A DNA stretch of 64,000 nucleotides, taken from contig CALKWO010000084.1 of the NCBI GenBank assembly GCA_938003875.1, positions 4,128 to 68,127 on the forward strand. Direction: 5' to 3'. Below are positions 48,334-57,185 of the stretch, piece after piece. The notes under the pieces are model-generated. The model saw only the letters and a program-made list of their open reading frames with translations. It did no database searches and was not told the origin of the DNA. Source of the stretch: an uncultured bacterium (GTDB lineage Bacteria > Planctomycetota > Uabimicrobiia > Uabimicrobiales > JABWCH01). Each line of letters starts with the position of its first letter. The first letter of the stretch is position 1. Position numbers and translations under genes: made by a program.

Positions 48334-49149
48334 CTATATTTCGCAACTTCTAGTAACTTCTTTTTCTATCAATTTCCATATATGAAATTTTATTTCTGCT
48401 ATTGTTTTGAGATGTTCTCCAGAAAGTTGCCTGGGGCGTTCTAAGGGAATAGAAATTTCACAAAGAATTTTTCCTGGTCGGCTGCTCATGACTAAAATTT
48501 TGTCTGAAAGGAAAATAGCTTCTTCGATATCATGTGTCACATAAATTACAGACTTCTGGTATCTCTCCCATATATAAAGTAGCCTGGCTTGTAAAATACG
48601 TTTGATTTGTGCGTCTACAGAAGCAAATGGTTCATCCATCAAAAGAACATAGGGGTCTGTCGCCAATGCTCGCAAAATAGCTACCTGCTGACGCATTCCT
48701 AGAGAAAGCTGATCGGGAAAATACCTGGCAAAAGAATCTAAAGATATTTGTTTGAGAAAAGACATAGCTCTTTCCGATCTTTCCTTCTTGTTGACTCCTT
48801 GCATCTCCAGGCCAAAGGCAACATTCTCCAAAACGGTAAGCCAGGGAAATAAACCGTGATTTTGGAATACCATGGATGTAAGAGTTTTTTTCTCTGGCAT
48901 ATTGTACATTATCTCCCCTGAAGTAGGGCACAGGATTCCATCTATAATTTTTAAAATCGTTGTTTTTCCGCAGCCATTCGGCCCTACAATGCTTAAAAAT
49001 TCCTGAGATTGAAGCTGAAAAGAAATATCTTGCAAACAAAGCAATTCTTTGTCCTTAGCTTTGTAAGATTTAGAAATTTTATTGCATGTTATAAGCATAT
49101 TCGTTATTTTTGTTTCAGCCAAAATGTTATTGAATATATCAATACACAT
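48334..49149 (-). CDS. ABC importer ATP-binding protein (SsuB/TauB-like)
   Basis: GPNGCGKTT, LSLGMRQQVAILRAL, LLMDEPF. The true start may be MLITCNKISKSY at 49098. Confidence 0.88.
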   Translation of the reverse strand: MCIDIFNNILAETKITNMLITCNKISKSYKAKDKELLCLQDISFQLQSQEFLSIVGPNGCGKTTILKIIDGILCPTSGEIMYNMPEKKTLTSMVFQNHGLFPWLTVLENVAFGLEMQGVNKKERSERAMSFLKQISLDSFARYFPDQLSLGMRQQVAILRALATDPYVLLMDEPFASVDAQIKRILQARLLYIWERYQKSVIYVTHDIEEAIFLSDKILVMSSRPGKILCEISIPLERPRQLSGEHLKTIAEIKFHIWKLIEKEVTRSCEI

Positions 49150-49154
49150 ATTCG

Positions 49155-50195
49155 CTATTTTTTATCCAATTTTTCAAAAATTTGTTTTGCATACTCCACA
49201 AACCGAGAGTCATACAACTGGCTTTCTTCAATTCTTTCTTTGATGTAACCACGAGATAAACACCAATTCTGAAATTTTTTTAAAGATTCCAGATTTACTG
49301 TTCCATCTATCTTAATAAGAGGCCATCCCATTTTAAGGCATGTTTCCTTATCATGTTTTGTATGCTTCATCATGATTTCCACGTTTCGATCCGTTTTGCC
49401 TTGCATGTATTGTCTGACACCTTTGAGATAGGCAACCATGAATTTTTTTCCCAATTCTGGTTCTCTACGAAGCAAACGTTCTCCATACATTATATACCCA
49501 AATTCAAAATCAGGTATGATTTCTTCTGTAGTGAATCGCAAATCAAAATTGCCTCTTTTCGAGAGAAGAGTAAGCAGAGGCTCTCCCAGGCTTACAAAAT
49601 CAATAGAGCCATTGATAAGGGCTTCTGAAGCCATATTATCTGGCATACGATCACTTTCTATATCTTTTATTGTTAGACCTGCCTTTTGTAAACAGCAATC
49701 AATATGGTATTCTTCATAGCTTCCCATGTCAATGTATGCCTTAAGACCTTTGAGCTTCTCTATAGGAAAAGGTTTATCAGGCTCTATCAGGTTTTTGCGG
49801 AATACAATCGCTTTTTGTATGGTTCCATCCTGGGATCTGGCAATGCCTTTGTTGGCGACAATACGAATGTCTACCTTTTGGGAAAAAATATTAAAAAAAC
49901 CTGCTCGGCTACCTCCTGCCCAGACATCAAGCTCTCCTTTCGCCAACAAAAAGAGAGCTTTTGGCCCCTGGTTGGCGTGGACGAATTCTATTTCCAACCC
50001 TTCCTGATCAAAGTATCCTTCTTCCAGGGCAATATGAATAGGGATGAAGCTGGGACGAGGCTGACATAGCAGCTTTAATTTGATTTTGGCTTCTGAAGGC
50101 TTTTTGGACTGAATTGTTTTTTCAGATTCTGAAGTATTGCAAGAGCATAGAATCATGAAAAAGACAATAAGCAAAAACAGCGATAGTTTTTTCAT
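49155..50195 (-). CDS. Periplasmic substrate-binding lipoprotein (NMT1/SsuA-like)
   Basis: Lipobox MILCSC. Size and pattern of the SsuA/NMT1 family. ATGA overlap with the upstream A-T-TE gene. Confidence 0.65.
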   Translation of the reverse strand: MKKLSLFLLIVFFMILCSCNTSESEKTIQSKKPSEAKIKLKLLCQPRPSFIPIHIALEEGYFDQEGLEIEFVHANQGPKALFLLAKGELDVWAGGSRAGFFNIFSQKVDIRIVANKGIARSQDGTIQKAIVFRKNLIEPDKPFPIEKLKGLKAYIDMGSYEEYHIDCCLQKAGLTIKDIESDRMPDNMASEALINGSIDFVSLGEPLLTLLSKRGNFDLRFTTEEIIPDFEFGYIMYGERLLRREPELGKKFMVAYLKGVRQYMQGKTDRNVEIMMKHTKHDKETCLKMGWPLIKIDGTVNLESLKKFQNWCLSRGYIKERIEESQLYDSRFVEYAKQIFEKLDKK

Positions 50196-52816
50196 ATTTT
50201 TTCTTCCTTCCTGTCGCGAGCCAGTGCCAACTCACGTTTAAAATGTTCTGCAAGAATTTGAACATTAGGCTCCTGCTCAATGCCTTTATGGTCTCCTGGT
50301 ATGGTATAGACCTGTTTTTTTTCTATCCTATCGAACCATAAATTTCTGGAGCCATGTGTATAATCTATGAGAGAATCCCTGCCTACAAAAAACACAATTT
50401 TGTCTTTGTATTCTTTTGGTATATAATTTTGTGCCGCAAGGGCGACGAAATGTTTGATTTTTTCGTAGTGTTCTTTTCTAGGACGATTTAGAGAACGGGC
50501 TTTTTTTCTTACCAGAAATCTTTTGATATATTCTTTGAACTCGGAAAATGTCATGCCATATACTGCCTTGCTATGCCTGCGGATGCTTCTTAGTATATTG
50601 ATAGTCCATGATCGTAAGATTTTAAGCTTTTTAAATATGCCTCGTTTTATTTTGGTGATGCCTTGTGGCTTTTCAGGATAATACATTTCCATCAAAGCAA
50701 GAAAAGGAATTTTTTCTCCCTGAGCAGACAATTGCTGTGCCATTTCAAAGGTAATTATGCCACCCAGACACGTGCCACAAAAGAAATAAGGGCCTTGAGG
50801 TTGTATTTCTTTAATTTCCTGGATAAAAGTGGAGGCAACGTCCTCCAGAGAAAAATCTTTTGTAAATCGTTCTCCTTGCAGATGAAGTCCATAGCAAGGC
50901 TGGTCTTGTCCAAGATAGCGTATAAGGTGTACAAAAAAATTGGGGTTTAGTGTTGTGATAAAGAAAATAGGAGGTTGTGTCCCTTTTGTCTGAAGAGGAA
51001 GAATGCAAGAAATGTCTTCCTGGCTTTTCCCTTGGGCGATAGCATAGCCAAGAAGCTCGATAGTAGGCAGTTGCCAAAAACGAGATAAAGAAAAATTTTT
51101 GCCAAAATATTTTTCTATCTTTGCCAGAACCTGCTGGGCCAGAAGAGAAGTTCCTCCTAATTCAAAAAAATTATCATGAACTCCGATAGGATATATTTCT
51201 AAAACTTCCTGCCAGATAATAGCTAGTTTTTCTTCCATTTCATTTCTGGGAGGCTCATATCCGGTCAGCATTTCATGCCTTGTATGAGAAGGCTCTGGTA
51301 AGACAGAACGGTCAATTTTACCATGAACATTTAGAGGCATCGCCTTTAAAAATACAAAGACAGCAGGGATCATATAGTAAGGTAACTTTTCTTCTAGTTT
51401 TTTCCTTATTTCTGTGGAATTTAGAGAATATTTTTCTTTGAGGACAATGTAGGCCACAAGACGATTGTTATTGTTGGCTTCTTTTCTTGCAATAACAATC
51501 GCCTGGCTTATACAGTCAAGAGAATATAGGATATTTTCTACTTCAGCAAGCTCAACCCGAAATCCAGCGATTTTCACCATATTGTCTTTTCTGCCTGAAT
51601 GAAGTATAGAGCCATCGGGCAGGCGTTTCCCCATATCTCCTGTACGATAGATAATCGTCCCATCTTCACAAAACTGGAAAGTCTTTTTGGTAAGCTCTTC
51701 ATTGCGCCAATATCCATGAGCAAGGTAGCGGCTTCGGATAACGATTTCGCCTTCATCGCTTTCTATAGGAGGATCCTGGGTAGTATCGAGAAGAGAAATT
51801 TCTTTGTCCTTGGCCTTAACAGTGAGTGGTATAGGTCCATCGCTCAATTCCGTGGTTCTTGTAATGTAGTTGCACATGATTGTATTGGTTTCTGAAGAAG
51901 AAAGGTTATGTCTCAAAATACAATCACGGCTGACATGATTCCAAAACCTCATTATATCGCTTTTGTACAGAGCCTCTCCGCCTACTCCCATTAAACGCAG
52001 ATGAGGAAAAAAATCTTTTGGCTTCAGCACATCCAAAAAGGTTCTGAAAAAAGAAGACATCATGCTCGTCATGGTAATCTCTTCTTTTTTCAGATGTTCA
52101 GCAAGGCTTTGAAAGCTCTCAGCAGCAGTATTATAAAGAAAGAGCGTAGCCCCATTAAAAAGAGAATTCATAATCTGGGATCGAGAGGAACCAAAGCTGG
52201 AAGAAGTCAAGAGGCTAATACGCTCATGAAAGTTGCCGGAATAAATATTGTTTTTCGCCATAGCAGCATATATAGCAGTAAGGTGCGTGTTGATCGCTCC
52301 TTTGGGAATTCCTGTAGAGCCAGAGGTATAGTAAACACAGGCAAATCGATTGGGTTCTATTTTCAGGCCAGGGTTTTCTGAAGACAGACTTTCCGAAATT
52401 TCTTCTATACAAACCAGAGGAACTTTATTTCCTATGATTTCTCGTACTTTAGAGCGATAATGATAATCTGTTATGACAAGACTGGCCTGAGAATTTTGCA
52501 ACATCATGGAAATCCTATCAGCAGGGTATTGTGGATCAACAGGTATATAGAATTTTCCTGCCTTGAGGGAGCCCAAAAGGGCTTCTATAAAAGCTATATC
52601 TTTGTCCAATAAAAGAGCAACTGCCTCTTCTTTTTCTCCTATTTTGGATAGAATACCATGGGCCAGGCGGTTGCTCTTTTCGTTGAGATGGCTATAACTC
52701 AATTCCGCCAGAGCAGATTTTACCGCAATACGATTTGGATATTTTTGCACCTGCTCTTCAAAGCATTCTGGTATAGATCGTTCTATGTTATAGCTAAAAT
52801 TTATATTTTTTTGCAT
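50192..52816 (-). CDS. Stand-alone NRPS-like enzyme: adenylation - thiolation (PCP) - thioesterase, no condensation domain
   Basis: A-domain cores: LSYSHLN, LKAGKFYIPVD, YYTSGSTGIPKG, FGSS, NLSSSET, GEIVIRSRYLAHGYW, YRTGDMG, GRKDNMVKIAGFRVELAEVE, LPYYMIP, HGKIDR. PCP motif FFELGGTSLLA. TE motif GTCLGG with a late GDH. Confidence 0.88.
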   Translation of the reverse strand: MQKNINFSYNIERSIPECFEEQVQKYPNRIAVKSALAELSYSHLNEKSNRLAHGILSKIGEKEEAVALLLDKDIAFIEALLGSLKAGKFYIPVDPQYPADRISMMLQNSQASLVITDYHYRSKVREIIGNKVPLVCIEEISESLSSENPGLKIEPNRFACVYYTSGSTGIPKGAINTHLTAIYAAMAKNNIYSGNFHERISLLTSSSFGSSRSQIMNSLFNGATLFLYNTAAESFQSLAEHLKKEEITMTSMMSSFFRTFLDVLKPKDFFPHLRLMGVGGEALYKSDIMRFWNHVSRDCILRHNLSSSETNTIMCNYITRTTELSDGPIPLTVKAKDKEISLLDTTQDPPIESDEGEIVIRSRYLAHGYWRNEELTKKTFQFCEDGTIIYRTGDMGKRLPDGSILHSGRKDNMVKIAGFRVELAEVENILYSLDCISQAIVIARKEANNNNRLVAYIVLKEKYSLNSTEIRKKLEEKLPYYMIPAVFVFLKAMPLNVHGKIDRSVLPEPSHTRHEMLTGYEPPRNEMEEKLAIIWQEVLEIYPIGVHDNFFELGGTSLLAQQVLAKIEKYFGKNFSLSRFWQLPTIELLGYAIAQGKSQEDISCILPLQTKGTQPPIFFITTLNPNFFVHLIRYLGQDQPCYGLHLQGERFTKDFSLEDVASTFIQEIKEIQPQGPYFFCGTCLGGIITFEMAQQLSAQGEKIPFLALMEMYYPEKPQGITKIKRGIFKKLKILRSWTINILRSIRRHSKAVYGMTFSEFKEYIKRFLVRKKARSLNRPRKEHYEKIKHFVALAAQNYIPKEYKDKIVFFVGRDSLIDYTHGSRNLWFDRIEKKQVYTIPGDHKGIEQEPNVQILAEHFKRELALARDRKEEKI

Positions 52817-52819
52817 AGT

Positions 52820-54262
52820 TTAGAACCGAACTTGAAAGCGTGTCATGAAAATATGGGCATCTGTTTTTTCGTTATTTTTTTCGTTATGCAGCATAGAATA
52901 AATATAGTCAAACATAATGCGAAGATGAGAATTGGGATACCAGTTCAAACCCACGATGATATTATCCATACGTCCACCGCGTATTTCATCATTCAGATCA
53001 AGCTTGGAATAGCAAACTGCCATTTCCCAAGCACCATATCCGCCTTCCAGAAAACTTTTTTCAGGCTTTATATCAAGAAAACGGCCTCTTTCTTTATCGT
53101 AGTTGCGGTGTTCTCCTGTAAGAAAGTATGTAGCATACACATAATAGCCCCAGAAACGATCATTGTCTTTATCAGCAGAGCTTTCATAGTTGATAAAAGA
53201 GCAAATCAACTCGCTCTGTATGGACAGAGGGCCAATAACACATGCACCTTCTAAACCAAGAAGATGGTTATCTTCTACATTTCTTAGTATACCTGTGTCT
53301 ACGAAATAAGGAGTCATGCGAGCTTCAGGCTTTGCTCTATATCGGGCTTCATCATTAATAGGATTGCGATAGCTATAGCCTATACCCAAATGAACAAGGG
53401 TTTCCCCCTTATTTTCATAATAAGGCAATCCTGCTATTCTCGCTGTAAAAGCATAGGACCCGCTATCTCCTTCCACTTTAGGGGGATTGTTATTAGGTGT
53501 GTCACGGAAAAATCCAAAGCTAAAAGATATGCGTTCTTCTGCCAGATTCCCGAAATAGGCAATGCCTAAATTTCGGTTAGGAGAAAGTATTTCCACAGAG
53601 TTTCTTTCCATAAAGGTAAGCCAGGGGGCAGGTCTTTGCGTTTCCAGGCAGAAAGGCTCTTTGAAATGCCCTAGTATCAATTTTCCAGAAAGAGGAAGTC
53701 CTGAAATTCCCATATAAACATCAAAAAAAGCTGCTGTTCCACCTGCAAATGATAAGTCTATTTTGTAAAAGAAATGCTTACATACCGTGCCTTCTAAGGT
53801 AGGTCTTACAGAACGAAATTCCATAGAGTCTTCAATCGGCCCCTGGTTTTCATGAATCGTTCTATCTTCATGCCCAAAGATAAAATCTACAGCCACCCTA
53901 CCTCCTACAGTCATGGTAAATTTTTTATCTTCTGTTTCAAAAGAAAATCGCCCTTTCCAAAAACTTTCCACAGGAATTTTCTTGGGGTCTTTTTTCGTTT
54001 CCAGAATATTGGAAACTTCTTCTTTTATCATTTGTCTTAAGCTGTCTTTATCCTGGATTGGCTCCTGTTGTTCCTGATTTTTTTCAGGAAGAGAACCTTT
54101 TTCTTTATCCTTTTCCAGATCTATCACTCTCTTTTGGAGAGATTCTAAAAGCTTTTTCATGCTTTCGATTTCTTGCTGTTGCTTTAAGATGATTTCCTTA
54201 TCAGACTCTTGAGAAAATAAAAAGAAAGGAAATAAAAAGATACATAAAAATAGCAATTTCAT
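52820..54262 (-). CDS. Porin of the phosphate-selective OprO/OprP-like family with an N-terminal coiled coil
   Basis: Signal peptide MKLLFLCIFLFPFFLFSQ (ATG 54262, AAGGA RBS). Coiled coil QQQEIESMKKLLESLQKRVIDLEKD. Beta-strand alternation ending …MTRFQVRF. Confidence 0.65.
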   Translation of the reverse strand: MKLLFLCIFLFPFFLFSQESDKEIILKQQQEIESMKKLLESLQKRVIDLEKDKEKGSLPEKNQEQQEPIQDKDSLRQMIKEEVSNILETKKDPKKIPVESFWKGRFSFETEDKKFTMTVGGRVAVDFIFGHEDRTIHENQGPIEDSMEFRSVRPTLEGTVCKHFFYKIDLSFAGGTAAFFDVYMGISGLPLSGKLILGHFKEPFCLETQRPAPWLTFMERNSVEILSPNRNLGIAYFGNLAEERISFSFGFFRDTPNNNPPKVEGDSGSYAFTARIAGLPYYENKGETLVHLGIGYSYRNPINDEARYRAKPEARMTPYFVDTGILRNVEDNHLLGLEGACVIGPLSIQSELICSFINYESSADKDNDRFWGYYVYATYFLTGEHRNYDKERGRFLDIKPEKSFLEGGYGAWEMAVCYSKLDLNDEIRGGRMDNIIVGLNWYPNSHLRIMFDYIYSMLHNEKNNEKTDAHIFMTRFQVRF

Positions 54263-54314
54263 AAAATTCCTTTTTTGATATTTTTTTGTCTTTACTAACA
54301 TCAATATTCATAAT

Positions 54315-54358
54315 CTAAAAAAAGTGAGGCTACTACTTGACTTCAGCAATAGCCTCAC
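54315..54358 (-). terminator. Rho-independent terminator after the lipoprotein gene
   Basis: Minus strand: gtgaggcta…tagcctcac stem followed by a T7 run. About 50 nt downstream of the stop at 54407. Confidence 0.7.
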
Positions 54359-54406
54359 TTTGTAGCCGCTACGTTTTCGATCTAATAGCAGCCTGTAAAA
54401 AAAGCT

Positions 54407-54922
54407 TTAATTTTTTGTCTGAAATGTCTTTAAATACGATGCCAGGGTAACTTCCTTTGTATTGCTTTGGTTCAAAGGAAGCTTATGGCATTCTACAATC
54501 TGGTTTTCATAATAGAATCGCCATTCCTGGGAATTTTTGGCACTATAGAGTAGCTCTGAGTTTTTTTCCAGTTTATTGCTTCCAGAAAGGGTTCTCAGGG
54601 AAATGGTTTTGCTTCCCTCTTTGCTCAAAAACTGGATTTTGGCTTTTTGAGAAAATTCCGCTATTCGAGCATTGTCTTTTTCTTTACCCTCGCTATATCC
54701 TGGAGGAAGATAGATGTATCCACTGTCTATATCAATATAGAAAGCCACAACACCAGGGATGACAAAACAAAGGCATAAAAGAGCGTCCATAAGAACCACT
54801 TTGCTGTCCAGCTTTCCGCCAGATTGGCCTTTTCTTTCAGGATACCAGTAACTCCCACAGCCTGTGCTTATCGCAATTATCGAAAGGCATAAAAGAAGGC
54901 ATATTGCTTTGTTGAGATTCAT
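54407..54922 (-). CDS. Lipoprotein with an internal hydrophobic segment, unknown function
   Basis: Lipobox AISTGC. 171 aa. No family recognised. Confidence 0.55.
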   Translation of the reverse strand: MNLNKAICLLLCLSIIAISTGCGSYWYPERKGQSGGKLDSKVVLMDALLCLCFVIPGVVAFYIDIDSGYIYLPPGYSEGKEKDNARIAEFSQKAKIQFLSKEGSKTISLRTLSGSNKLEKNSELLYSAKNSQEWRFYYENQIVECHKLPLNQSNTKEVTLASYLKTFQTKN

Positions 54923-54945
54923 GTTTTACCCTTATCAAAAGATCA

Positions 54946-56223
54946 TTATGAAATAGAATTTTTTACTTCCCATGTTTTGGAAATCTGACGATAAATATAA
55001 ACAAACAAAAATCCTAAGAAAAATCCTGCAATATGGGCCCACCATCCAACATTCTTTTGTCCTGAAAGTTGGCCGACAAATTGTACGATAACCCAAAAAC
55101 CCAGATAAAAATACACAGGAATTTTAAAGGGATAAGGAATGATGATGGTCTGGTATAAGGCTGCTTTGGGGAAAAAATATAGATATGCACCCATCACTCC
55201 AGCGACAGCTCCACTGGCTCCTACCAGAGGGGTAGCAGGAATACCCATTTTTACCATAGCGATGACTTGCACCAGGGCAGAAAGAATACCACAGGCAAGA
55301 TAAAAAAGGATAAAGCCAAAATGGCCAAGGCGATCCTCTACATTGTCTCCAAATATCCAGAGGAAATACATATTTCCAATCAAATGCAACCATCCACCAT
55401 GAATAAAAGCATAACTTACTAAAGTAAAAAGGCTCATGCCCCCTAAAATTTTCTCAGGAACAGCCCCATAGGTACGGAAAAAATCGCTAAGATGCGCCAT
55501 ACTGAAAGTAGAGAGTATCCATTGAATCAAAAAATTGATGACAATAAAAGAAACAACTACGTATGGAAAACGCCTTCTAGGTGGGTTATAGGCTTCTACA
55601 GGAAAGCCTGTTAAAGCAGTGAAGGCCCAGAGCCCTGCTGTGACTTCAGCAGCATAGGTTCCTTCGTCCAGCTCTCTTTCTTCTGCCACTTCATCTCTTT
55701 CTTCCATATCCAGTGTTATTGGTTGTATCTTTTTGATAACAACAGGCATGGGCTTTTCTGTTTTAGGGACAGGATAGAGACGGAAAGGGTGAATTTTTCC
55801 TATAGTTTCCTGGTTAGCAGCATCTTTTCTCTTGGCTGCAACTTGTTCGCGTATCAGTTGTTTTGTTTTAGGAAATTCATTTTTATCCAGCCATACACCC
55901 TGGCAATGCTTGCACTGGTCTATGGTAAGCCCCTTGTCGTTTTTAAAGGTTTTGGCTTCCATGTGGCATTTGCATTCAGGGCAATTCAAATCGCTTTCTT
56001 GTTGCAGAAAAATATCTTTAGAAAAGTTCATCAACTCGCGATTTTTTTGCAAGGAAAGAAGTTTGGCCAGCGTTTCTCCATAATACCATGTCCCTCTACA
56101 TTGGGAGCAGGTGGCAAGATGAATGTTGGAGAATGCTTCTTTTTTTAAATCGCATTGGCATCGTGGACATAGCATGGTTTCCAAAGGGAATCCCTCCTGA
56201 TAAAAAAATGTTTTTACTCCCAT
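54946..56223 (-). CDS. Rhomboid-family intramembrane serine protease with two N-terminal zinc-ribbon modules
   Basis: CPRCQCDL…CSQCRGTWY and CPECKCHM…CKHCQGVWLD. Rhomboid core HGGWLHLIGNM, GASGAVAGVMGAY (catalytic Ser) and WAHIAGF (His). Confidence 0.85.
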   Translation of the reverse strand: MGVKTFFYQEGFPLETMLCPRCQCDLKKEAFSNIHLATCSQCRGTWYYGETLAKLLSLQKNRELMNFSKDIFLQQESDLNCPECKCHMEAKTFKNDKGLTIDQCKHCQGVWLDKNEFPKTKQLIREQVAAKRKDAANQETIGKIHPFRLYPVPKTEKPMPVVIKKIQPITLDMEERDEVAEERELDEGTYAAEVTAGLWAFTALTGFPVEAYNPPRRRFPYVVVSFIVINFLIQWILSTFSMAHLSDFFRTYGAVPEKILGGMSLFTLVSYAFIHGGWLHLIGNMYFLWIFGDNVEDRLGHFGFILFYLACGILSALVQVIAMVKMGIPATPLVGASGAVAGVMGAYLYFFPKAALYQTIIIPYPFKIPVYFYLGFWVIVQFVGQLSGQKNVGWWAHIAGFFLGFLFVYIYRQISKTWEVKNSIS

Positions 56224-56549
56224 TTGTCCCCGTTATGAGGGCGATGGATTTCATAACCGTCTTCCTCTAAAAAAGAAAGAATTTTTTCTAAAGCGGATTT
56301 TTTCTTGATAATAAAATCTATAAGCTCTTCTTCGTTTGTTTCATACAAGCTTGGTAGTAAGCTGTCAGGGATACCTTCGCCAGGAATATATACAATTTCT
56401 CCTTTATTTTTCAGAATATCATATAGTTCTTTTGGTATTTCCCCATTGCTTTTGACAACAACCACTCCCATTTCCTCTAGTGCAGTGATAAGGTCTTGCA
56501 TCAATTCTGCTGCACTTTCTGCTTCAAGATTCAGTTTTGCACTACCCAT
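56214..56549 (-). CDS. Small acidic hypothetical protein
   Basis: 111-aa ORF on the same strand, overlapping the rhomboid start by 10 nt. No family recognised. Confidence 0.45.
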   Translation of the reverse strand: MGSAKLNLEAESAAELMQDLITALEEMGVVVVKSNGEIPKELYDILKNKGEIVYIPGEGIPDSLLPSLYETNEEELIDFIIKKKSALEKILSFLEEDGYEIHRPHNGDKWE

Positions 56550-56570
56550 GATCTATCTCCTGTTTGAGTT

Positions 56571-57095
56571 TTAAAAAGGGGCAAAATCGCCCTGGCTCCA
56601 ATAGTCTTCTTTTAAATCATTCTGCTGTTTTAAAAGTACCTGATAGTGTGTCGTTTCCCAATCAGCAAGTTCACGATAAAAAGATTTTATACCAGGATCG
56701 TTTACTTTGTTTGCCTGCTCCTTATAGAATTGGATGGCAGAAAGTTCCAACTGAATTCCAACAGACAATGCCGTCATTTCATAATGTGCATCTTTAACGC
56801 GATCTTTGATACTGTCTGAAAAGATAGGACTTATAGATGTAAAAGCCGTTTTTGTGAGATGCTTGTCAGAAGCAATGTTGCCTGTTTCTATAACGGCTTT
56901 ATACTGTAATTTTAAGAATTGAACATGCTCCATTTCTTCTTTTGCCAATCTTTCAAAAACAATTTTGCCCTGGGGATCTTGTGTGCTTTTGGATGCCATC
57001 ATATAAAAATTATAGCCATCCACTTCAGATTTCATTGCTTCTAAAATGCCTTTAGCAATGTCCTGAGCGTTTGTGTTCATAATGCTTTCCTTCAA
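56571..57095 (-). CDS. Ferritin-like di-iron protein (rubrerythrin-type four-helix bundle without a rubredoxin domain)
   Basis: Two E…ExxH pairs: EVDGYNFY…EEMEH and ELSAIQFY…WETTH. Confidence 0.65.
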   Translation of the reverse strand: MKESIMNTNAQDIAKGILEAMKSEVDGYNFYMMASKSTQDPQGKIVFERLAKEEMEHVQFLKLQYKAVIETGNIASDKHLTKTAFTSISPIFSDSIKDRVKDAHYEMTALSVGIQLELSAIQFYKEQANKVNDPGIKSFYRELADWETTHYQVLLKQQNDLKEDYWSQGDFAPF

Positions 57096-57185
57096 AATCT
57101 TATAGTTACTTTTTTACAGGAGTATTGCGAATCATAAACCTGGAGTTACAGATTACAAATCTGTAACCAAACGATGTATAGTATT

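Noticed and set aside
47884-48444. 186-aa plus-strand ORF. Similar long antisense ORFs lie at 52658-53254, 35531-36040, 32528-32989, 11037-11480 and 29062-29490.
   Set aside because: All lie antisense to confidently identified genes (ABC permease/ATPase, porin/NRPS-like, ABC ATPase, histidine kinase, nqrF, asnB). None has an RBS or a family signature.
54946-56223. Rhomboid protease acting as a rhombosortase for the C-terminal tail at 63451-63540
   Set aside because: Rhombosortases are short dedicated rhomboids acting on GlyGly-CTERM signals. This is a 425-aa GlpG-like enzyme with zinc ribbons, the tail has no Gly-Gly motif, and the genes are 7 kb apart on opposite strands.
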